A stretch of 64,000 bases of DNA from Cenarchaeum sp. GTDB lineage: Archaea; Thermoproteota; Nitrososphaeria; Nitrososphaerales; Nitrosopumilaceae. Every line of letters starts with the position of its first letter. Positions within the stretch are counted from its first letter, which is position 1. The DNA lies in NCBI GenBank assembly GCA_965212015.1, contig OZ243037.1, positions 1,120,001 to 1,184,000 of the forward strand, given 5' to 3'. The notes beneath the pieces were generated by a model. That model saw only the letters and a program-made list of their open reading frames with translations, had not been told where the DNA came from and searched no databases. The translations under genes were made by a program, and so were the position numbers. Below are positions 10,601 to 20,400 of this stretch, one piece after another.

Positions 10601-12631
10601 GTCACCTTTTTGGCCATAGCTAAAGAAGTCGATTGCTATAGGATACATAGCTGTAGGAACGGCTGTATTAAAGCCAATTATGCTAACATCCAGATCGGGG
10701 TCAAAACTATCGTCTCGCGTAATATCGAGGTCAATTATTTCAAGTAGACCTTGATATCCCGTAGGATTATTATCGTTAGCATCCTGTAGAAGTATGTCTG
10801 TAGCAGTACCAGTGGTGTTTGAGAGAGTGAACGAGATCGCAGGGTTGGGAGGACTATTCTCAATCGTTCCGAATGAACGAAGATCATAGTTCAAGAAGTG
10901 GTGTACCGTATCGTCGGAATCTTCATCAAAGAAGTCAGTCAATACCGTGCTGTCATCATCTCTGTTGAATGTGATATCCAAAGCGTCAGAATTGCTAATC
11001 GGAGTATCAACTTCGATTATCATCCTGTCACTAAAGCTATCAACAGTAAAGCCATTGGTAACGGCACGGCCAGCGGCATCATCTACTCGTAACACTATAG
11101 TTGTGCCATCAAAGTTAACGTCATCCATATCAACACCCAGTGTTACCGGGGTTCCAATTCTAACGCTTGGAATCAGTGAAACGTTTGCGTCAAATAGATC
11201 CAGGTCCTCGTCGACCAGACTGTTTCTGTTCATGTCGCCGTCTGTGAGTGTGATCGATATCTGTTCACCAGAGTTCCACGCATCGCCTACTCCATCCTTG
11301 CCAAAGGCTATGTCACCAAAGTAATGGGTAACAAAGATTGACTTTTCTGAGAGGTTGTAATCAATGCTTGCACTGGTTCCTCTAGGTGCATTACCAACAA
11401 CAACAATGTTGGCTATGTCGCCTTCATCGGTGTTTTTGAATATGCCAGAGTTTCCCTGAGTTTCAGTCACGGTTACCGGACGTGTAAGCTCAGCTACATC
11501 AGTAGCAGTATTTTCGTCATCAATTAGAGCTGTTGCATCAATGGTGTCGCCATTTAGTACCTGATCTTCGTTGTCTTGTAGAGCAAGTAGACTATCATCG
11601 GTTGTTGCTGGATCACCATCAAACTCAACACCCTGTTTGTTCGGATACAGTATCAATGCTCCATTGTCGTCAAAGTTCAGAGAACTTAGTGGAGTCAAGT
11701 TTGGATTACTCGTTGCAGTAGAAGCCAGTGCTTCACCATTCTCATCGAATAGTTGGTATCTAGTTGTAGTACTTCCAGGTTCAGTTCCAAATGTCCAAGA
11801 GTCCTCGTCAGTTGGGTCGATGTTTAGCTGTAGATCAGTTATGGTAAAGTGAACTGATGCTCCGGGTGGATAATCCTCCCTGTCTAGTGACAGGCCGGCA
11901 TATCCATCGGCATCATCCAAGTATACCAAATCAATCTGTTGTTCTCCGCCACCCTTGTTGTACTTTACCTCGATGGTTCCATCTACGGCAAAGTTAAACA
12001 ATTGAATGGAAGGAAATTCGCCAGGTACTAGACCGACTTGTCCAAGAGTTACTGTAGCTGGTTCATCACTGGTAGGTGTTTTTTCTTCTCTGAGAACATT
12101 TTGTTTGTCAACAGCATCAGCAGCATCAGTATAACCAGCACAACTGGCAGTTGTATCCTCGAAGAATACACCGTCAGTATCAGCATAGCTAGTACCACTA
12201 GGTTCATCAACACTAAGTGCATCAGCTTGTTCTGCAGTACATTCGTCACCAAAGTCCAATGATTCACCAGGAATTGCAACCATACCATCAGCAGCTTGTG
12301 CCATACTTCTTTCTGCAAAGTACGCATACCAGTTGCCGTCAGTTGCCTGTACCATCTGTATGTCTTGTCCATTGACCGTCACGTCTGGTTCGGATTCTAG
12401 CGAGTCTACATCCTTCAAGTCAGGATCGTTGACTACAATCTCGACGACCATAGGGCCGGCAATGCTGTTGTCAAACAGTGAGTTTTCCGCAGAAACGAAC
12501 AGGTTTTCGGTAGCTGCATGTGCGACCGGCGCGCCAGGAATGGCAAACGTCAGTCCACCTGCAACCATTATCGTCATTATTATTAGACTAGTTGTTTTTC
12601 GTATTTTGTCGTTATGTATTTTGTCTTTCAT
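7619..12631 (-). CDS. slaA: S-layer protein, SlaA-like, copy 1 (1670 aa from MKDKIH)
   Basis: Signal peptide; very acidic; recurring ETGxxTGIF Ig-like motifs; WESVSNPTALSP C-terminus typical of Nitrosopumilus SlaA; start set by alignment to copy 2. Confidence 0.88.
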   Translation of the reverse strand: MKDKIHNDKIRKTTSLIIMTIMVAGGLTFAIPGAPVAHAATENLFVSAENSLFDNSIAGPMVVEIVVNDPDLKDVDSLESEPDVTVNGQDIQMVQATDGNWYAYFAERSMAQAADGMVAIPGESLDFGDECTAEQADALSVDEPSGTSYADTDGVFFEDTTASCAGYTDAADAVDKQNVLREEKTPTSDEPATVTLGQVGLVPGEFPSIQLFNFAVDGTIEVKYNKGGGEQQIDLVYLDDADGYAGLSLDREDYPPGASVHFTITDLQLNIDPTDEDSWTFGTEPGSTTTRYQLFDENGEALASTATSNPNLTPLSSLNFDDNGALILYPNKQGVEFDGDPATTDDSLLALQDNEDQVLNGDTIDATALIDDENTATDVAELTRPVTVTETQGNSGIFKNTDEGDIANIVVVGNAPRGTSASIDYNLSEKSIFVTHYFGDIAFGKDGVGDAWNSGEQISITLTDGDMNRNSLVDEDLDLFDANVSLIPSVRIGTPVTLGVDMDDVNFDGTTIVLRVDDAAGRAVTNGFTVDSFSDRMIIEVDTPISNSDALDITFNRDDDSTVLTDFFDEDSDDTVHHFLNYDLRSFGTIENSPPNPAISFTLSNTTGTATDILLQDANDNNPTGYQGLLEIIDLDITRDDSFDPDLDVSIIGFNTAVPTAMYPIAIDFFSYGQKGDGVAPGDRINNAIYRLELEESGDNTGVFIGSLEFLMLNQLNVNDTASYIPNLDVISDDAEMIIHNDLTDEDSVRINYLDLGEDGVATQVADQVEAPTHSGVVSFDSNNYKIADTVTVTLEDPDLNTDVEVRDIFTVVSSGDNQDMVGTTDDRTLNLGRLLDITFNDELWTNAANDFNDNMPCDINRSDGSDDGLGATGFTMAETTKASGIFTGTFQIPTVYCQNNGEYTSTTGVDLEVNYVDYRDLSGEIIEVGDSAGIRANTGSVSFDRTVFPVPFGVIEDFNESTSSTPGDRSIFPVHLAGIRDNGIQADETIQRGDLTIHVRVNDPDYDISGSGEDMIAEEARHGPIQVSVSRGSNTVILATAGANETNGDRLTVGTERATDQYEFGPIAEIAPDAGIFELDLPVRYTDGPHSNDCPNTDSFVNVENGTRNASSNIRFNVTDGTDGDDFCILQGDILTVEYTDPTDASGNPNTVTDSATFDLRNGILQSDKSAYIIGGDMILTLIEPDFDLENDERETYTLDLIEWDSDDATLSMGELGESAADFDPEPSAFRETGDSTGIFQVVIEIPESLQQSNLDRGEAIELEYTDWGPSGANYVGDEDEDVNLTVLTSNFGATIELDQKVYTWTDKVYITILAPDHNFDSDLIDEIGETSEDVVRVNTGEGDLDQYRLTETGPDTGIFTGEVILIGFRHDADGDGINDRTGDQPDGYESDGRGPTDGLLAATEDDGVTVSFEFSEDETVIGSSLIRWNLGEVSWLEASYAASSTGTVRVIDPDMNWNPESVDNFDVDVRSDSDSGGIDLTVTETNQATGIFEGTVTFSLTEDSSGHRLRVAEGDTVKAEYDDNTLPDLPDRNYSPTDEVQITGTTFIGTIVPPLERLVITDPRVVDGQGNPLASISVDTRVHFEADLTSGQDKEQDYAYLVQIEDANGVIIKLDWSGGVMPAGGSQNAAQSWIPDTPGAYTVTMFAWESVSNPTALSPKAVIDINVV

Positions 12632-12649
12632 GTTCTTAATTTTGGGTCT

Positions 12650-12903
12650 CAATTTTACTATATAAGGGTTCAGGACGATTGATTCATCCAAGTAGGCATG
12701 GCATCTGATGGTATGGCACAATTTTACTAGATAAGGGTTCAGAATGATTGGTTCATCCAAGTAGGCATGGTATCTGATGGTAACAGGTTAGGTTCAAGAG
12801 GGATATTTGGATCTGCAGGCACGGGACCTAACCGGATGCATCTGATGGTATGGCACAATTTTACTAGATAAAGGTTCAGAATGATTGGTTCATCCAAGTA
12901 GGC
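12650..12903 (-). repeat. ~69-bp promoter-containing repeat, 3 copies (12650, 12719, 12856)
   Basis: CAATTTTACTA(T/G)ATAAGGGTTCAG...TTCATCCAAGTAGGC repeated; the proximal copy has TTATATA on the minus strand about 30 nt upstream of the ATG. Confidence 0.88.
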
Positions 12904-13328
12904 GTACACACTGCCGGATGCGATCCAAAGTTCACGCGATCAGACGGTCCGGACAGAGTTTCCGGCCGATCAGGCTTTACGAATCGCGCGCCACGCCGGT
13001 TTATTCTGGGAATCATCCACACACAAAACGAGTCTGCGGATGTAATGCCGTCACAATCCGGATCAACTGAACACAATTCCGGAAATCTTTTGTATTTTTG
13101 GCCCGCATGACACACCGATTCCCAAGTGATGTTCTGCGCCACGCCGCCGATGCATGCTAGACTCGCCACAATTTTTCGTACACGGTCAGCACACATCAAA
13201 AGCATATTTATAAAATCACATACAGGACTGTAATATATCGTACGCCATAAATCCCACACCAGAGCCATTCCCGTCTTGCCACATAAAAACTTGACATACA
13301 TGTCACCGTGACAAAACCGGCACAATCC
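12904..13328. repeat. conserved upstream block, homologous to about 40657-41100
   Basis: Shared GCGATCCAAAGTTCACGCGATCAGACGG, GGAAATCTTTTGTATTTTTGGCCCGCATGACAC and AAAAGCATATTTATAAAATCAC. Confidence 0.88.
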
Positions 13329-14185
13329 CCGCCAATACAGCACACGGTATTCCCATCACCCCAAACTTTGGGCCACATATGGCATATTTTTATTCTCGTG
13401 CTGCTGATTTGTATTCCCGTCTAACCCAGAATATTTTGGTATTCCGGCAGGCCGGACGTTGGCTTTGGGCGGATCTTTTTGAACGGCAGAATCCCCTGTC
13501 AACGCATGCCGTAACCTTGTCTCTGGCGTTCCTGCTTTACGTTACCCCGTGTATCAATTGTTGCGGATATTGCAAGATTGTGTAATCCCGGTTGCAAGGA
13601 CCGGTCTGATGTGATCGGCTGCAGCGGTGTTCGGTGTATGGTTTTTCCCTCAGGAATGGTATTTTGTGGCAAATGCAAACTGTTGCCCTACGAACATGTG
13701 TGTTCCATGTGTGATCATTCCCGGTTTCCAGTCCAAACCAGATCATTTATCCCACATCTTGGCAATCTTGCAACCGGCAAAAATTCCATCATACGGGTAC
13801 AATTCAAAGTTCGTACGACTCGAACAGGTAGACAGAATTCCCATTGGTCAAATCAGATTTCATTGTTTTAATCCTGTACAAATTTTTTTACGTATATCCG
13901 TACCACGGTACAATCGTGCCGGCTTTTCTGGGATCATTCCGGATCCCAGGCAGGATCTGCCGGCAAGCCGTACGATCAAGGAGGGTTTGCTCCAACAAGA
14001 TTTGTTTTTCACGGATCTTTCTGGCCTCTGATGTTTTCTGTGTGTTTTTTCCAAGTCTTCCATACACAGTTTGGACTGGACTATGACACGGAAAGAATTA
14101 TGCCGTTGTTAAAAACCCGTAGCGATTCGCGAGTTTGCCGAGTCTGCACATACTGGTAATTGGGTCACTAGTCATGTGGATTGTG

Positions 14186-14548
14186 GCCGGCCAGAGCCGG
14201 CCTTGGCGTATGATCCGGCCAGAGACGCCGGTCAGAATGATGCCGAGTAGGCGGGCCGGCCAAAGCCGGCCCGACGGTGTGGTGGAACGGGGCTCCCGTC
14301 GGGGAGCCCCGAGGAAAGACGTTGAGGGACGAGTCAGAGTTCGTTGTTGGTGGATTTGTGAGGTAACTGCGAACTTGTCCTTGCAAACGTGCGTGCGTGG
14401 GGGATATCAGGCACGTCTCTTTGTGCACATTGTGCGCAACCATTGTGTATTTTGTGCACACAGAAAGTGCACTTGGTGCACCCAGTGTACGCAAGAGCTC
14501 TTTGCGCACCCTCACGTGGCTCTTTGTGCTCTTTTTACCCAAAGTTGA
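14186..14548. repeat. hairpin module plus collapsed TGTGCACA block, homologous to about 43790-44725
   Basis: Shared CCCGACGGTGTGGTGGAACGGGGCTCCCGTC, TTTGTGCACACAGAAAGTGCACTTGGTG and TTTTTACCCAAAGTTG. Confidence 0.85.
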
Positions 14549-14679
14549 TCTGCGGCAGCATGTACGAAAATCAAAGATAAATCGGAAACAGATTCCATGC
14601 TGCAAGCCAATGCTCGTTACCCGCAAATTTCCCGCGCCCCAGGAACAACCAATTCCCAAACGGGGCTGGCAGAATCCAA

Positions 14680-14768
14680 GGTATCGGCCAAGGAACGGCT
14701 CGGGGAATACTACCAGAGGTCGTAGGCCAGAAAGATTCGTGGAAAATCCCAGACAAAAACCCGGATAA
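14680..14768 (+). pseudogene. collapsed remnant of a QRPEV-repeat gene
   Basis: VSAKERLGEYYQRS*...GKSQTK matches the start and end of the repeat region of 41736-42545; the downstream GATGGCC..TGATTGGGAC is also shared. Confidence 0.6.
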
Positions 14769-14982
14769 CACCTAGTCAGATGGCCTTTGTGATTGGGACG
14801 GGGTCATCAGAAGATGTGATGCGTAATCGATCAACTCATGACGTCTTTACAGAACTGGCACATGATCAACACGCGTTAAGTTACAAAACATGACAAAGTA
14901 CGGTCTGTAACACACAAAAAACACACAATTTCACAAAATCATGCGCAAAAATACAGCGCTTCAGGCGCCCCGTATTGTATGA

Positions 14983-16107
14983 TCAAAATCCGTACTTGAG
15001 ACGTTCCCGTCGCTCATCCCACAGCAGATCAAAGTTTGCAAGACCCGTCACCACTTGTAAATCCCTGTAAAATTCCGCATCAGTGCCGACATACAGATGA
15101 ATCAATACTTTGTACAGCTTTAGAAGCCTTATGGCGTGCTCTACTTTTATTCTAATGTTGCTGATTCTTCTGTTTTCATTTTTTTGTGTGCTGTTTAGCT
15201 CGGCGCATTTTGGTTTTTTGGTGGGCTTTTGGACGTTGGCGCCGGGCAGATCTCCCTCGATGGCCTGGTATCCCTTGTCCACGTATACCGTAACTTTGTC
15301 CTTTTTTGCCGCATTCTTGTCTTTCATGCTCTTGCTCAACGGTCCGAGATTGATGTTGTTATATTGGAACATCTTGAGATCTTGCATCGATCCCGGCACA
15401 GGTTTTCCTGTCGTAATAACCAGCTTGTCGCGATTAGCCACTATGGTGGTGTTTAGCGTGTGCTTTTTTTTATTGCCGGAATAGTAATCCTTGCTGGCAT
15501 CAGGATCTGACGGCCGCTCTATGGGCGTGTGCGTGCCGTCTATGTACAGCTCGCCCCCGTTGCTGCCCGGAACCAGATGTTTTATCTCCTCGATACTTTT
15601 TGCATTCTGTATCTTTTTGGCGATTTTTTCTGCAGTCGGAAGAATCTCCAACAATATTGTTCTGGCAAATTCTAGATATCGCGATATCGTGCTCTGATCC
15701 ACCCCGAATATCGGCATGAGCTCGTACTGGGATATGCCAAGCTTTTCTTTCATCATTATCAACAGCAGTACGTGCCGAATGTGCAGCTTGCACCTGTTTC
15801 CGGGATAGAATCTGTCATCTGAAAACAAGGGGGCGTCCGGATCGGCCTTGACCTTGCGCGTGAATTTTTCCAGGATGTAATTGAACTGTTTGGGATTCTT
15901 TTTTGTAGTGTGATATAGCATGGTCGGATTGGCGATAAACTCGTCAAGCAACTCGCACCTGTGCATGATTTTTGACTTTTTCGGCTTGTTACGCCTGTCC
16001 GCATTCTCGTCAGCATACCACAGATCGTCTTCCTTGTAGAGTTTTTTCTCCAGACTTTTGATCACTTGCTGTTGCCTGTATATGATCTGATCCTTGGATT
16101 CTGTCAT
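14983..16107 (-). mobile_element. IS5-family (DDE_Tnp_4/ISL2-like) transposase, full length
   Basis: HTH (FGVDQSTISR) and DDE triad in YIDGT, VDKGY and RIKVEH. Confidence 0.9.
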
Positions 16108-16169
16108 CAGATATGTGCGGCATACACGTGCGATCTAAAGTTGTTGGTTGAATATAGTCTTAAATTTAG

Positions 16170-16418
16170 TCAATTATGCATCACCTCTAGAGCATATTCT
16201 GCCCCCGGATGGAATAATCCGGACTCGTCTCGTCCTCGGCAGTCCTGCCCCGTCCTTTTAGGGGCCCGTCTCAGGCGCTTTTGGAACACCTCGCCGGGTA
16301 TGGCCCTGAGAAACTCGGCAAGATTACGCCCGTAGGCCCTCTGCGTCTCGGTGCTTTTTACCGACTCTATAAAGTTCGAATATGCGCTGTTTTGCATGTC
16401 TGCCATCTCTATGTTCAT
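16170..16418 (-). pseudogene. probable N-terminal fragment of a tyrosine integrase, truncated at the IS5 element
   Basis: AYSNFIESVKSTETQRAYGRNLAEFL resembles integrase N-terminal domains; starts about 40 bp from the att copy in the same orientation as the intact integrase. Confidence 0.55.
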
Positions 16419-16460
16419 GTATAGTGTACGGATCCTAGGCTATATTTGTCACTAAAAACA

Positions 16461-16477
16461 GGCGGGTCTAAGGGGAT
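16461..16477 (-). mobile_element. att-like site: 17-bp copy of the tRNA-Lys 3' end
   Basis: GGCGGGTCTAAGGGGAT, identical to 46581-46597. Confidence 0.85.
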
Positions 16478-16758
16478 GGGTTAGTTTTTAGTGAAATTTC
16501 GTGCGTGGGTCCGAACACGGATTTGGCCACCTGATCGCTTTTGGGCCTGTTTCTGAGCCATTTTGACTGTAAATTTGGAAAGATCCGGGTTGAAAAGGTG
16601 ATTGGATGGAATCTTGGGCTACCGTGACTGGATCGTCCTGATTTTTCCCAAGTTTTGTGTTTGATTTTGAATCACAGAGATCGTGCCTAGGCCTAGATAA
16701 CTTTGCAGAATCGTCATAACTAAAGTATATTAATACACGCCGTAATATACTGTATAAC

Positions 16759-16914
16759 ATGAAAAACCCGGCTTTTGGTAATTGGAGTGAAGAGGAGACA
16801 AACTGGTCAGAAAAAGATACCGCCTTTATAACCCGTACTATGGACAAGAAAAACAAGGGCATTCGTACCAGTCTGAAAGAGATAATAGACAAGCACGAAT
16901 CATTACCATACTAG
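16759..16914 (+). CDS. small protein (51 aa), possible antitoxin
   Basis: MKNPAFGNWSEEETNW...HESLPY; stop directly abuts the next ATG. Confidence 0.45.
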   Translation: MKNPAFGNWSEEETNWSEKDTAFITRTMDKKNKGIRTSLKEIIDKHESLPY

Positions 16915-17178
16915 ATGATCATAGAAATAGATCCTGATTTTGACCAGAATCTGGAATATCAATTTTATAGTAGAAGACATATTGTCATAAATCTGATTAA
17001 AAAGATAATTAATGCATCAAATCTTGATGAACTGGAACATGTCTCGCCGTGTGTCAATATGAAAAACACCTATTTTATCCATGACAACATATGCAAGCTG
17101 TATTTTGAATATTTTCCCCAAGAGGATCGAATAAAAATATGGAATTTTACATTTACGACTATATCTACAAGCGTATAG
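16915..17178 (+). CDS. 87-aa protein, possibly RelE/ParE-like
   Basis: Size and predicted beta-alpha-alpha-beta-beta-beta pattern; translationally coupled to the upstream small ORF. Confidence 0.4.
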   Translation: MIIEIDPDFDQNLEYQFYSRRHIVINLIKKIINASNLDELEHVSPCVNMKNTYFIHDNICKLYFEYFPQEDRIKIWNFTFTTISTSV

Positions 17179-17420
17179 AATCTCATAAAATGAGATCTCA
17201 TTTTGCATGTTTATAGCTTGATTTTCTGCCATGTCACAGGCTAAAATATCGTGAAACCATCCGTATCAATTCGCCGTTTTTCCCTTGATGTCTGATGTTC
17301 AGCTCCGCCATCCGTTGCTCAAACTCTGAACACCCTTTTCGCTTGAGCTCTGCCGCATTTGCATAAAATGTGATCAGCATTGCGGTCGGTTTTCATGGTT
17401 CTTTATGACTTCATCGTAGG

Positions 17421-20400
17421 TTATGCCAGCCCCAGCCATCTCAGCAGTCCGGCAAACCAGTCAGAGGATTCCTCAACGGGCACGCATGTGCCATCAACAC
17501 TGTGCGTTCCAGAGCCGCATACAATCTCCGGCTTGGGATCAATTACGGGTTCCGGATCCACCTGTACAGGTGCGTCTGCAGGTAATGATTCGGCCTCTGC
17601 GGGTTCTGTCTCTGCCGGTTTTGGCGCTTCCTCTACAGGTTCGGGGATCTCGACTATAACCTCCGGTACGGGATCATCCCGTATTGGTGCGGGCTCTGGT
17701 ATCGCCTGGCATATGCCGCCGACACTGTGGGTTCCCGGCCCGCATGCCGGCTCTATTATACCGGGTATAAAGTAGGGCTCTGCAGGTGGTATAATTTTTA
17801 CAAAGTCGTGCGGCGATACGTCATAACCGGAGCACGGTGTGGCGTCTATGTCCTGGCCTGCAGATACTGAGAGGCCCTCGATGGATACGGATACGCTTAT
17901 CGTATCATGTGATGGAACGCCTACAGCATCAAATATTCCAAACGTCCTGCCCCCGGGCTCTGCCACATATCTTGATATGTCCTCATCAGACGTGACATCT
18001 TTTGCAGTTATTACGCTGCTGCCGGCCTGTATGGTGATGTCCATCTGTCTGCCGGAATATACCGAAGAGGCAACAACCCTGACGTTTCCTGTATCACCGC
18101 ACAGGTCATAGACTGTAAGGTGCGGCGCCAGTATGTGCGGAAATTCAGTCGTACCGGAATCCCTGGACGTATCGTCCCGTATTATGGACTGGCCCGTATC
18201 CACGTTTGTACGGCCGCCGCCCCCGCCTCCGCCGCCGCCCCTGGAGACAGAAGAGCTGCTGGGTGCGGGATTTGTATCAGGTGCGGTGCTAAACGTGCCA
18301 AAGGTGGTAAAGTGCCTGGTCAGTATTATCATGGAATCAGCATCCCTGAAAAAGCACTGGCCGTCCTGGCCTATCGGGGTGCCGCCTATTGCGGCATCGG
18401 TCGCACCGTCACACCGCGCGGTAATCTCGGTTCGTATCTGTCCCTGCTCTGCCCCAAAGTACGCCGTGTTGCCCTGCTCGCCCTGGAGCGATATGGATGC
18501 CGGCCTGTCAAGGGACAGCGTACCGTTTGTAATGCCGATCTCTATGCAGCTCTGGACGGTCTCCCTAGAGTTGAATGTAGGCGCGCACGTCTGGCGCGAT
18601 GCGGGAAGGCCAAATGTCCCGTCAAACTCGTCCTGCGCGCCCTCTATCATGGTAGAGCCGGCAAGGTTTAGCACCACGTCGTTCGTGCCCCTCTCCAGGG
18701 TCGCCGTAATCGGCAGGTTTGTAGTCACGTTTGTGATCCCGTTTATGGTCTGCGCAACCGGTTCATAGTCAAGCGTGCCGTTTATTCCCTGTGAAATGAG
18801 AATCTCGCTGATCTGTGCTTCATTCTCCGTAACAGGAAGATTCGATGACGTATCGTCCAGCTGTACGGGCACCTCAAAGGCGAGGGTTATCTGGCGCGAT
18901 ACCGGTGTGATCGGGTTTCCTGCCAAATCAGTCAGCGTATCGTCAATAGAGACCGATACCGGCAGGATATTATCGGTGGCAAGGCCCGGCAGCGTCAGCG
19001 GATTTGCAGATACGTCAAGTGTGAGGTATACCGGGTTTGTGGCAGGATGTTGTATGGGCGGGCCTGCAAAGTTGACTTCGGCTGTAACGCTAGAGTCAAG
19101 GTTTCCAGATACCGGCTCGCTGAACTCTAGCACTATAATATTGGGGGATGTGGCCCGTACCGTGAGCAATTCCGGCGCCGCAAGATCGCTTATTTGCACC
19201 TGCCGGGTGGCATCAACGGCTGCGTTTCCCGCCGCATCTGCCGGCGCTGAATATGTTATGGTATAGTCGCCCTCCGTATCGACGTCTACGTCGTGTGTGG
19301 CAGTGACCGTCCCATCATATGACGGGTCGTTATCGGTCACCTCGGCCCCGGGATCCGTAAATACGCCGCCAATGTTTACCTGTAACGGATTTTGTCCCGT
19401 AATGGTGATCTGCGGCGTCATTGTGTCATAAAACACAGAGTATGTGCCCGATGCCGCGTTGTTTTGCAGGCCGGAATCGACGTTCTCGCGCGGAATCGAC
19501 ACAGTTACGGTCCCGTCTGCCGACGGCGTGGCCGTAAACGTATACTCGAGACTATTTGACGGGTTTACCTCCGGTTCTGATACGACCGCATTGGTTGCCT
19601 CAATATCGCCTGCGACAAAGGCATCCGGTACGTCTTCAAACAGTACAGTAAACGGGACAGGCGATATACTGGTGGAATTGCCGTCGGGCACATCAGACGT
19701 TATGGTGACTGCAAAGGATGCGCTGTCTATCACCCGTACCGTACGCATGACGGGATCGGGTGTGTTCCCCGATGCGTCGGCAGGTGCGGAATACGTAACG
19801 GTATACTCGCCTGCCGTATTTGTATCGACATTGCCGGAGGCGGTGACCATACCGGTATAATCCGGATCATTGTCAGTCACCTCGGCTCCGGGATCTGTAA
19901 ACGGCAGGTTGATGCTGGTGATGAACGGATCGTCCTCGTTGATTGCAATTACCGGCCTTGTGGTGTCCTGTATGGTTACGGTCTCTGTTATGCTGTGCGA
20001 GTTTGGTGGAACTGATGCATCAGTCACGGTATATGTCACGGCAAACGTGCCAAGGCCCGAGACGTCAACGCCGCCCGTATCCGTCTCCTCGACGGTGGTG
20101 GTGGCATCGTCTATATCGGATATCGCAAGCGCCGCATACTCGTCTCCGAGCTCCACGGCGGTCTCAAAGTCACCCGAGTTGCCGCCCACCGTAAATGCGG
20201 GCGGGGTGGTATCAAATATTGCAATGTGCGGCTCGGAGGGGGCTATGAATGCGTTGCCTGCCAGATCCGTCAGCGTGTTATTGTGTAGGGTCAGCATGAC
20301 GGTTCCATCGGATGAGCCACGATCCACATGGGTGCTTATGCTGCCGCCAAGACCAGTCCTTATAACTGTGATTGTTGGGTCTCCGTCATTTGCAGTACCG

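Noticed and set aside
12632-12760. 43-aa N-terminal extension of S-layer copy 1 in the ORF track
   Set aside because: It is the translation of the 69-bp promoter repeat; homology with copy 2 begins at ATG 12631.
12876-14659. Overlapping short ORFs upstream of slaA copy 1
   Set aside because: The homologous region near 40.7-41.1 kb differs by frame-breaking indels, so the conservation is not at protein level.
14925-16190. Terminal inverted repeats and target duplication of the IS5 element
   Set aside because: Only weak similarity between the ends is visible by eye, so they could not be defined.
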